Below are positions 9,855 through 20,300 of a stretch of DNA of 64,000 nt, one piece after another (the first letter of the stretch is position 1; each line of letters begins with the position of its first letter). The stretch comes from Candidatus Bathyarchaeota archaeon (GTDB taxonomy: Archaea; Thermoproteota; Bathyarchaeia; Bathyarchaeales; Bathycorpusculaceae). The position numbers were made by a program, and so were the translations under genes. The notes under the pieces are model-generated. The model was given only the letters and a program-made list of their open reading frames with translations, ran no database searches and was not told the origin of the DNA. The DNA lies in the NCBI GenBank assembly GCA_963826715.1, contig CAWGYA010000005.1:1-64000 (forward strand), in the 5' to 3' direction.

Positions 9855-11831
9855 CTACACCGCAAATATTACTATTATTAAGATAATTATTACACCGATG
9901 ATGAATGAAAGGAAAGCTAAGGAAAAACGTTGACCTATATCAAATTTAGCCAATACGTTGCATAAGGCTGTGAATTTTCTAATTATGAAATAATAGAAAC
10001 GGTCGACATCTGATCTGCGTTCTGCTTCATCGAGTATGCCATAGGGTATTAAAGCCTGATAATGTAGACCTGATTGAGAGTCATATTGATCTGTGGCTTC
10101 TTCACCACAAAGAAACGGCTTAAAAGCATCGGGGTTGCCAATATCCCGCTGTTTTTTCTTAGTAAAGCGATTGATAAATAATGCAAGGGCTAGAACAAGT
10201 GTAATAATAATTCCACTTATAACAAGCGGGGTCCAGAAACCAAGAGCAGTGCTAATCACTCCGAAAGATTCAGGCCCATTTGTCGGAAAACCTAATTGAG
10301 CAATTCCAGGAAGAATCAACGAATCAAGCAAAACATTTGGTGCTATACCTAATATTATAATGAAAGCCGCCATTATCGCCATGGGCGCAATCATAGTAAT
10401 CGGAGGGTCTCTAATCTTAGTGGTAGAGTTTACATGTTCATCCTTGTCTAGAAACACAGAATAAAGCAACCTAAGAGCAATAGCTAGATGGAAAACGCCG
10501 CCTAGGATTGTTGCTGCAAGAAAGAAAGGTGACCCTATTTCGAGGGTTGAATGAATTATCAAATACTTTCCCGTAAACTCACTTAGCAACGGTAAACCAC
10601 CGATGGCGAGAACGCTAATTGCGCTAAACATCGCTGTGAGTGGCATGTATTTGTATAAGCCCCCGATTTGATCTATGTTTGTTTTTCCAGTTGCATAAGT
10701 AACTGCACCCATACACAGGAAAAGCAAACCAGCGACGAGGACATGAGATGTTAAGTAGAATAGTCCAGAAACCACACCCAATGCGGTAGCAAACCCAGTA
10801 ACCATAACGCTGTAGCCCAACTCAGAAATTACACTGTATGCCAATATTCTTTTGAGGTTAGTTGCTAGGAGCGCATTTGCTGCAGCGAAGAGTAATGTAA
10901 TTACTCCTATGATTGACAGAACGAAACTCCAAATGTTTATAGTTCCAAAGAAACCAGAAAAGGGCACAAGTGGCAGTTGCGCCATTGTCGGTGCAAATAC
11001 TTGTGTGAAGAAGCGGATTATCAAGTAGATTCCAGCCAAATCACTTGCTAAAATAAAGAGCATCACAGGAGTGGGAGCTACTGTTGAATCAGGTAGCCAA
11101 GTGTGGAAGGGGATCTGTACAGCTTTTGGGAGCAAAGCAACCAGTATAAGGGGCAACATTAGTAGGGCAACGATACCAGTTGGCAACAAACCGTTTTGGA
11201 AGTCAAAAAACCGCAGGGTTCCCGCTTGGGAAAATAAAACGATCGATGCAACAAACAATGATAAGCTGCCTATATGTGTAATTATAAAACATTTAAAAGC
11301 GGCTCGAACGCTGGCTCTTTCTTTATTCCAGAAAGATATCATTCCGAAAAGGCACAGACTTATCAGCTCCCAAAAGAACAGAAGGCTAATCATATTATTG
11401 GAAAAGAGTGCCCCAATGACAGATGCCACCAAAATAAGTGACAACGGATATAATCGGTTGAACCCAAAAGATATGGAGTAAGCCTTGTTTTCGGGGGAAA
11501 GGTAGTGAAGGGTATATATCAACGCTAATATTCCAACGAAGGAACACAATATTGCAGGAAGAATCGCTACTGCGTCTATATAGAACCCTAACGTTGCAGT
11601 GGTATTACCAAGCGAGAAATTGAAGAATTCTGCTTCAATAGGGTTTAATTGCACAGCGGGAACAAGAAGCAATAATCCGAGAAAAACCGAAAGCACCGTT
11701 GCTATGCATAGTGTCTTTGCGAACATTTCGCCGATTCTATGCAAGTGAGCTAATAGCCACGAAATAGGGGCTGCCATAAAAGGGGCAAATATGATTAACA
11801 ACATTAGCCCCGAGTACTCAGACATAGCCAT
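9855..11831 (-). CDS. Antiporter-like membrane subunit (MrpA/NuoL/HyfB/EchA family)
   Basis: FFWELISL, PFHTWLPD..APTPV, LKRILAYS, GGL; C-terminal extension with PFLCGE. Confidence 0.92.
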   Translation of the reverse strand: MAMSEYSGLMLLIIFAPFMAAPISWLLAHLHRIGEMFAKTLCIATVLSVFLGLLLLVPAVQLNPIEAEFFNFSLGNTTATLGFYIDAVAILPAILCSFVGILALIYTLHYLSPENKAYSISFGFNRLYPLSLILVASVIGALFSNNMISLLFFWELISLCLFGMISFWNKERASVRAAFKCFIITHIGSLSLFVASIVLFSQAGTLRFFDFQNGLLPTGIVALLMLPLILVALLPKAVQIPFHTWLPDSTVAPTPVMLFILASDLAGIYLIIRFFTQVFAPTMAQLPLVPFSGFFGTINIWSFVLSIIGVITLLFAAANALLATNLKRILAYSVISELGYSVMVTGFATALGVVSGLFYLTSHVLVAGLLFLCMGAVTYATGKTNIDQIGGLYKYMPLTAMFSAISVLAIGGLPLLSEFTGKYLIIHSTLEIGSPFFLAATILGGVFHLAIALRLLYSVFLDKDEHVNSTTKIRDPPITMIAPMAIMAAFIIILGIAPNVLLDSLILPGIAQLGFPTNGPESFGVISTALGFWTPLVISGIIITLVLALALFINRFTKKKQRDIGNPDAFKPFLCGEEATDQYDSQSGLHYQALIPYGILDEAERRSDVDRFYYFIIRKFTALCNVLAKFDIGQRFSLAFLSFIIGVIIILIIVIFAV

Positions 11832-11907
11832 CAGCTTCCCTTAACAACTTTTTCCGTAAATAAAGGATATTCTTAAAAAACTCGATTTTCACATTTAATT
11901 CTAAGTT

Positions 11908-12366
11908 TTAATCGGTTGTTTTTAAATTTTTTAAAGGAAAGCTTTTATCTTTCCAGCCATCGGGCAAAATAAGTTTGTTGAGTGCAGGATGACCAGTAAA
12001 GTATACCCCATACATTTCATAGATTTCGCGTTCATAAAGTAATGCGCCTATGATGATGTCGCTAATTGTTGGGATTGAGCATTCTGCTTCAGGCAAAATC
12101 ACTCTTACAGTAAGTAAAGAACCTGCCTTGTCTAAGTGATATAGAATCTCGATTAGATTGTTGTCCGTTTGAGAACCAGTTATAGCAGATAGATGAGAGA
12201 AACCGTTTTTAGTCAGAAATAAAATTGCGTCAATTAAGCGAAGATGAGAAATTTCAACGAAAACTTGGCGTTTATTCGGATACACGATCGATAAAATTGA
12301 TTCCTCGCCTATCTCCTGTCTAAGCTTCTCAATTAGTTCGTTATTTTCCAAACTTAAATACCACAT
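11908..12366 (-). CDS. NuoC/EchD-like subunit
   Basis: HLSAITG, ILYHL, PTIS, YEREIYEMYGVYFTGHP, FPLK. Confidence 0.92.
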   Translation of the reverse strand: MWYLSLENNELIEKLRQEIGEESILSIVYPNKRQVFVEISHLRLIDAILFLTKNGFSHLSAITGSQTDNNLIEILYHLDKAGSLLTVRVILPEAECSIPTISDIIIGALLYEREIYEMYGVYFTGHPALNKLILPDGWKDKSFPLKNLKTTD

Positions 12367-12588
12367 TATTGTGTTTTAAGTAAACTATAGTTTAACAATA
12401 TATAACTTGGCAGAAACTTTTCAAAAGTTGCTTTGGACTCTGCCAAAAAAAGGAAGGTGATTCTATTCGAGATGCCCAATTGCGGGGCTATACTTATTTT
12501 TGATGTTCTATCTCCAAGCATGCCGTAGAAATATTAAACGAACACTATTATTTTCCTCAAAAATTCGTGTATACTAAAACTATAATTT

Positions 12589-13203
12589 TCAGCCAATTTT
12601 AGGCTGTTTCGCTCTTAGCCACACAAAGAGCGAGTATGCAAACAGCACCACACAAAAAAGGCTCGGAACCACCAGAAGAATAGGCAAAAAACTTTCTTGC
12701 CCTCGACCCAGTGAAACTAAAGGCCCCAAAACCGCGCCCAATGCAATAATTAGCGCCCAGTTCTTGTTGGAGGGTTTTAGTAGAGTCTGCAGATCACCAT
12801 TCCTATACATTAATGGGATAACTGCGAGGAAGAGTAAAAACTCCGTTAATGCAATACCTAAGCTAGCTACATTAAAATTGAATACTCCAACCAAACCATG
12901 GGATAAGGGCCAGAATAGTTCAATTCCTCCTGTGAAGAAGTCTCCTATGAGGATGTGGGAGAGTAGGGCAGCGAAGTAGGGGATGGTCTTCTTGCCGTAG
13001 ATAATAAAAAATGGGATCATCAAAGCAGTTATCGTTAGTATTGAGTGTGTTGGTCCTCGATGCATCAAAAAGCCAAAAAGCAGATCAACATCTGGTAAAA
13101 CCGACGCCGCTAACAGAAGAGGGAGATTTATGTTAACGTGGACAAGTTTTGATGACCCTTTTCCAAAAAGGTAGCCGAGGGCAAAGTGACCAATCGCAAA
13201 CGT
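12589..13203 (-). CDS. Membrane-bound metal-dependent hydrolase (YdjM/LexA-binding family)
   Basis: Frame extends upstream of the listed ORF without stops (FAIGHFALGY...LPDVD...HRGPTHS...SHILIGD); the expected Met position is ACG at 13203-13201. Confidence 0.85.
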   Translation of the reverse strand, partial: TFAIGHFALGYLFGKGSSKLVHVNINLPLLLAASVLPDVDLLFGFLMHRGPTHSILTITALMIPFFIIYGKKTIPYFAALLSHILIGDFFTGGIELFWPLSHGLVGVFNFNVASLGIALTEFLLFLAVIPLMYRNGDLQTLLKPSNKNWALIIALGAVLGPLVSLGRGQESFLPILLVVPSLFCVVLFAYSLFVWLRAKQPKIG

Positions 13204-13536
13204 AACAATAAACCTCTCAATACAGCAATTACAACGCTTAAATTGAATCTGTAACTAAAACTTTTCCATGTCAATTCACATATCCATACTGAACCCATAC
13301 AAACGACGTTAACATCCATCAATGATCACAAAACCAACGGCGCAGTTGAACAAAAACCTAGATTGGGCTTTTACTTTTGACAAGTACCACTTGGCAATCT
13401 ATTTTTTGCAATCAAAAATCCCTTGGATGAAGTTTTTAGTTCCTGCATATCTGCTCTACACATGTTCAGCGGATCATGTTTTGTGATATATCTATTACTG
13501 CAAGAGGATTCATAGCCCCTCAAAGTGTTGAATCGC

Positions 13537-14049
13537 ATGAAAGACGATAAATATTGGTGATTGGCCTCGGAGAAATCGGATACAATAACTCCAAATATAT
13601 GACAAAAATAGGATTATCCGTCGAAGGATACGATATAAATAAACAAGCAGTGCAACGAGCACTTGACGCAAAAATCATTCAAAAAAAAGCCAAATCCTTC
13701 AAGGACTATGACTACTACATGCTATGCGTTTCCACACACTTCCCCTCCCAACATGTTTATCCCATATCGCGACGGGTTGATAACCGTAGCCGAGAAAATC
13801 GCCATAGAAGCAAAACCCGGTGCTCTATTGGCAATCGAAAGCACAATACCCACTGGAACAAGCAAAATAATATTCAACATACTTCAACACAAGCTTCACG
13901 TCGCTCATGTACCACACAGATATTCTAATAAAGAAAAAACCGACCACGGGGTAAGACAACTACGTGTTTTAGGCGGCTGTAGACCCTGCTGTTCAAGTGA
14001 AGCACTCCTATTTCGATGTTTGTGTGTGGCGACAGCAATAGGTTGGTGA
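13537..14049 (+). pseudogene. Truncated, frameshifted NDP-sugar dehydrogenase (paralog of 53972-54871)
   Basis: VIGLGEIGYNN...GYDINKQAV, then a frame change to IESTIPTGT...PHRY...QLRVLGGC; similarity stops near 14010 and the catalytic GGHC half is absent. Confidence 0.88.
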
Positions 14050-14360
14050 AATCGGCAGCTCTTATTTTACCTTAAGCGAAAAAAGGTAAAGAACAGAGCC
14101 GTTTATAATCGCATTAAGTGATTCTCAATCTACTTAGATCAAATTGGGTTATAGATTGGCTTTATTGCCAAAGTAACACAAAACCATGCAATAAAATTAA
14201 ATCATAAATATATCAGGAGCCGACATTATGAAATTTCGATTTCGCATTTAATTCAACATATAATATCAACTAGTTACCACCATAAATATAGCCCAAGTAG
14301 ATCTTCATAAAATCGATTTTTGGAATAATGTTTATATCGTCCCTATGGGTCCGAACTTGA

Positions 14361-17300
14361 TTGAGAAGGAACCTCTATTCGAGGGACGAAAGGAAAATGT
14401 TTTACAGTTTTAATTATAGAAATCTAAAAAGTGGAAAGGCTATATCAATAATTCCAAGTTTGCTTCTGATGATATTACTAATCACCCCATTTATAGGAAT
14501 AATTTCAATTCAGCCAGCTTCAGCGGCCGAGACCGTTTTAACACCCAAATGGACCCGCACTGGACTAGGCACAAACTGGGAGGGCGGATTAGTCATTGGA
14601 GACGTTACCGGCGACGGTCAAGAAGATATCGTTTGGGGTGGGAACGACAATCTAGTCGTGCTAAACGGAAATACCGGAGCCACTGTTGCCACATATGCGC
14701 AACAAAGAATTGGTCAATATTGCCAACCACAATTATACGACATTGATAATGACGGCATTCTAGAAATACTGGTACCTCTATACTACCAGCCTGGTCTAGC
14801 CGCGGTAAAATACGATGGAGATAACACACTCAGACAACTCTGGATAACCAACACCGAAGGCACAACAGGATCCGGCAGCGTAATGGCAAAACCCGTCGCA
14901 GGCGATATAGATGGCGACGGAAAAATAGACATCTTCATAGGATCCCAAGATGTTTCACCCGGTGGCTACTACAATGATCCTGATACTCAAACGGGTTATC
15001 ATTATCCAGACGGCTATGATGGCACGGTTTGCAGAATAGACGCAACAAACGGAAACATCATAGCTCAGACTTTTACATGGCGCCCATGTTCAGGAGGACT
15101 ATCACTAGCCGACACAGACAATGACGGCGTTTTTGAACTCTACCAAGGCGACCGCGGCATCTACTACGGAGACGGCAACTATGGCGCAGGTGAACGATCA
15201 TGGTGGGCTGAAAACCTAACAATAAGATGGAATCGCCTTGATGCTCTAACCAGCAGCCAAGCACCCGCACTCGTTGACGTAAACGGCGACGGGATATTAG
15301 ACGTAATCACCGGAATGTACAGCGAAATGAGCATTCTAAACTCAACTAACGGTCAATGGATAAACCACTTAACCAGTACAGGTCAAGAACTAGCCCCAAG
15401 AGGAGTCATGTCCGTACACTATGGCGTAACCGTTTATGACATAGACGGCGATGGGCACCAAGAACTCTTAACCAACGACGGCGACCACGATGACAATAAC
15501 GCAACCGACATCTACGACCTAGTTACAGGCCAGCTAAAAGCACAACTACCCCTAGGAAACTTTAACAGCACACAACCCTACGACAACAAATGGGCTCCCC
15601 TTGTCGCTGACATTTATTCTAACGGCAATAACGCCGATGGCTCACCCCGATTGGAAATCATCACAGGCGCCAACACTACTCGCCCCCCTGGAACCACCAA
15701 CACCGCTTGCCTGCTAATTTACGACAACAGCTACAACCTACTACAAAACGTAACTAATTCGCTAAGCGGCCAGATCAGCTACCCAACAGTGCAAGATATC
15801 GACCGTGACGGTCTTCTCGAATTAGTATGCGGCTCCTCAATAGGAAGAGTATACGCTTACGACACTTCAGCACCGGCACCAGGCTATAACCAAGCCGCAT
15901 TGCCAGGATCACAAAGAATCAGATCCGAAGTTACCTACTTTGGCGAAAAAAGAACCGGCGCTGCAGTTTATCAACCAGCACCATGGGCTCCAAACTATTG
16001 GACAACCCCCCTCGTTGCAGCAAACTATCCAGGAACCGACGCACTAAAAATTCCACAATCAACAACTTCACTTAGCTTCAAACTAAGAGACCACCAGTCC
16101 ATTCCATTAACATACACAGTCACCACTTCACCTGACATTGGAAGTACAAGCGGCTCAAGCAGCGGTAACCCATACAACTGGGGAACATATACCTTGAACT
16201 TCAATAAACCTCTCGCCTACGACACCACATACAAGTACACAGTGACTGCTTCAGACGGAACACATTCAACCCAAAGAACTTACAACTTCAGAACTCAACT
16301 TGCACCAAACACCGGCAACAGCGCTCCAACACAGGGCAATCCCTCCTTAATAGCCCAAGATGGATTGGGAACAACCTCATCCACTTTTATCGCCACAAAC
16401 CAAAGTACAACTGACCCCAACGTCGGCGATAAAGTAACAAACACATACCTATGGTCAATCAACGGGCAACAAATCGCCAACTTGGTTTTACCCTTCAACA
16501 CCCAAAACGAAATAACTACCAAAGACTACTCAGCATATAGCAACGACGGCACAGTAATCGGCGCCACATGGACAGCAAACGGCAAAGTAGGAGGCGCCTA
16601 CATCTTCGATGGACAAAATGACGCTATAATAATTAGCGACGGCGGCGCAGGATACTACGACAACAAAACATACTCAAACTACAACCCAGAATTAGGCGGC
16701 GACGGAACATGGACAGCTATGTCCGCTGAAGCATGGATCAACCTCTCCGCTTACAACAACGGCTCCCGAATTATCGCCAAATATCCAAGCTACGAGATAG
16801 GTTTCGAAAGCAACTTTAACGCAGGTCAATCTAACCGACTAGTAGCTTCCGTTTGGCCTCATACAGGCGCAGTCTCAACAGACGATAACCACGCTTCTAC
16901 AGACCGCGCACAAACCACAACCGCAAACGTTAACCTACAACTAAACACTTGGTACCACATCGCATTTACTTACGAAAGCGGAGTCGGCATCAAACTCTAC
17001 CTAAACGGTGTACAAGTGGCACAGAGAACTGGAGTAACAGGAGTTTTAGAAAACAGTTTAGGAGCACCAGTCACCATCGGACGCTTAGTACAGCCATTTG
17101 CCGGAATAATAGATGAAGTCCAAATCTACCCATACGCTCTGTCCGCTACAAACATAAACAACTACTACTTAGCAACCAAAGACGGTTTGAGCACAAGCTC
17201 AACATTCAACCCTTCAGGCATGGTCGCACCAGGCAACACCTTAACATGCACCATAATTCCAAGCGACTCCTACGTTGATGGAACATCTAGATCAACAACT

Positions 17301-20300
17301 GTAACCTTGCAAAATACGGCGCCAACAGCATCAGGACTACAAATATCTCCGATACGCGTTGGCAACACTCGACTAAGTACAGAAACTCTAAGTGCATATT
17401 ACACTTACCTCGACGTTGAAGGACAACCTGAATCGGGAAGCCAAATAAGTTGGTATATGAACGGCGGCTTGCAATCGGGGCTAAACGACCAAAAGAATGT
17501 TCCCTCTGCAACAACACAAATTGGTCAAACATGGTACTTCACCGTTACTCCACGCGATTCAGACGGCGCCCTTGGAACAACACAAACATCCCCAACAGTT
17601 ACAATCCGAGGAAACACTGCACCAACAACCACTACACCAATATTGGATTCCGCTAACGGTGGGGCAGCCTACTCCGACGAAGACCTTACAACAACCGCAG
17701 GAACAACAACCGACCAAGACAACGACGCAACCACCAACATCTTCCACTGGACACAAAACGGCATTTCACAAACCAACCTGCAAATGCCCTTTGACACAGA
17801 ATTGCCAACAGTTCCAAACACAAATGGATTCGTAAAGGACTACTCTGGATACAACAACAATGGCGCAGCAAACGGCTCCACCTGGGTCGACGATGGAATT
17901 ATCGGAGGAGCATTAAACTTTAACGGTGACGACTACATAACCGTTCAGGAAAACGGTAACAGTCTTGGCGGAGATGGTAGCTGGTCACAGATTTCACTTG
18001 AATTCTGGGCTCAAGCTTCCGGCGCCACAAGCACTCAAACCGTCGTCCTTAAGCCTGATAGCACATATGGTCCAGGCATAAACTCCTTTGGAGTAGGATA
18101 TCGAGCTCAATACCGATCTTATACAAATGGCTACAGAATCTACTGGATAATCGGTAGTGGTACCACCTTAACATCGCTCAACGTCCAAATCAACGAAGGC
18201 CCAGGCGAATGGCACCATGTGGTATGCACCTACCAATCAGGAGTAGGGCTAAAAATATACACAGATGGAGTGCTAAGAGCAACTCTAGCCGCAACAGGTA
18301 ACATCAACGCAACACCTGGTGGACAACTATACATAGGCGGAGTAAACAGCGGTTCAGGAGACTTCGTAGGGCAAATGGACGAAGTTAGAATCTACCCAAC
18401 AGCGTTATCTCCTTCACAGGTATTCCAACGCTATAGTGATACTAGTGACGGCATCAGTGAAAGCGAAACCATAGTTCCACAAGAAACAGCTACCAATGAC
18501 AACTGGCAATGCCAAATAATCCCCAACGACTCTTGGGGCGACGGTGCAGGAATTAACTCTCAGACTATATCAATCGCCTCCAGAAATACCCAACCGCACA
18601 TAGACTGGTATTCCCCCGCCAACAAAATAATATCTTCAACAGTCGGAAGCAGTTTAAGTTTTCAACAATATTCCTCTGACCCTAATGGCGACTACTTAAG
18701 CTACACATGGACACTCGATGACATACAACAAGCTACAACACAGAACTTTACCCTTACCACACCAGCAGGATCTCACAAAATTGAAGTAACTGTTTCAGAC
18801 GGAAGCTTAAGCGACAGTCAAACATGGACAGTGAATGTTCCATCAAACACAAATTACGACCTGACAATTTCATCATCAAGCAACGGTGCCACAAATCCAA
18901 CAGCTGACCTATACCAATACGCCGAAGGCACTTCTATTTCAATTCAAGCAATACCCGACACAGGCTACAAATTAGACCACTGGATACTTGACGGTGCAAA
19001 TGCTGGCGACGCAAACCCCTACTTAGTCACTATGTTTAGCAACCATGAGATTACCGCCATTTTCACACAAATCCCCGAATCGACATACTACCAACTCTCG
19101 ATATCAAATAGTGGCTCAGGCTCTACACAGCCAACGGGCACAAACAGCTATCTTGAGGGTTCAACACTTTCAGTTACGGCTACTGCAGCCCTAAACTGGG
19201 AGTTTAACCACTGGACCTTAGATGGAAACAATGTTGGCTCAACAAATCCACTAACATTAACAATAAATGACAATCACAATCTCGTCGCAGTATTCACTGA
19301 AAACCCACAATACCAGCTCAGCATAGAATCGCAGGGTTCAGGCAACACAAACCCCGTAGGAACTAACATGTACTACGAAGGCTCAATTGTTCAAGTAACA
19401 GCAATAGCAGACGCAAACTCAAAACTAGATCATTGGCTACTTAATGGAAATGATGTCGGTGGATCAAACCCTTACACAATAACAATTAATGCTGACAACC
19501 AACTAGTAGCAGTATTCGTTCCAATGGCAATTAATCCACCAGTTTTTGCAGATGGTTTTGAATCAAGTAGTTTTAGCGCCTGGAGCTCAACGACACGCAC
19601 CACAAGCGAGATAACAACCGTCCTAACTAGCCCAGTGCATTCAGGTAACTATGCCGCCTTATTTACTTCAAACGGCGACGGAGGATACGAGCGGGCATAT
19701 GCTTCACGCAGCGGTCTAAGCATAGACGAATTCTATACACAAGCTTACGTCTATGTCGGCCAGAATGGAATTGTTGACAATGGCGATCGCTTCTACTTTA
19801 TGCAGATGATGGCAGGCGGCAATATCTTGGCATACGGAGGCTGGCGACAGGACTCAAGCGGAAATCTGCATTGGCACCTAATGATTCGAGATGGAACCAA
19901 TACAGTCGGCGTTTACTCGACTAATGTACCAACAACTGGAGTTTGGTATCTCGTAGAGCTACACTGGAAAGCCGACGCAACATCAGGCTTAGGTGAACTT
20001 TATGTCAATGGTGAATTGGTAGCTTCAATAACTGACAGAAATACTGCTAACTATGGAAGTGCAACTACTGCACGTATAGGTCTTCCAGAAATCTACAACT
20101 GTGAAGCAACAAACTTGTATGTTGATGACGTAACCATAGGCACCCAGACATCTGACACGCCTTTACAATATTTGCTATCCGTAAATACTGTCGGCTCGGG
20201 CTCTGTAATTATGAATCCAAACCAAGCCAATTATGCCTCTGGGTCTGTAGTCCAATTGACCGCTCTCCCGGTAGCTGGATGGACGTTTAACAGCTGGAGT

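Noticed and set aside
17287-17871. Several overlapping Cys- or Gln-rich ORFs
   Set aside because: By-products of ACA/ACC-rich Thr codons in the giant gene.
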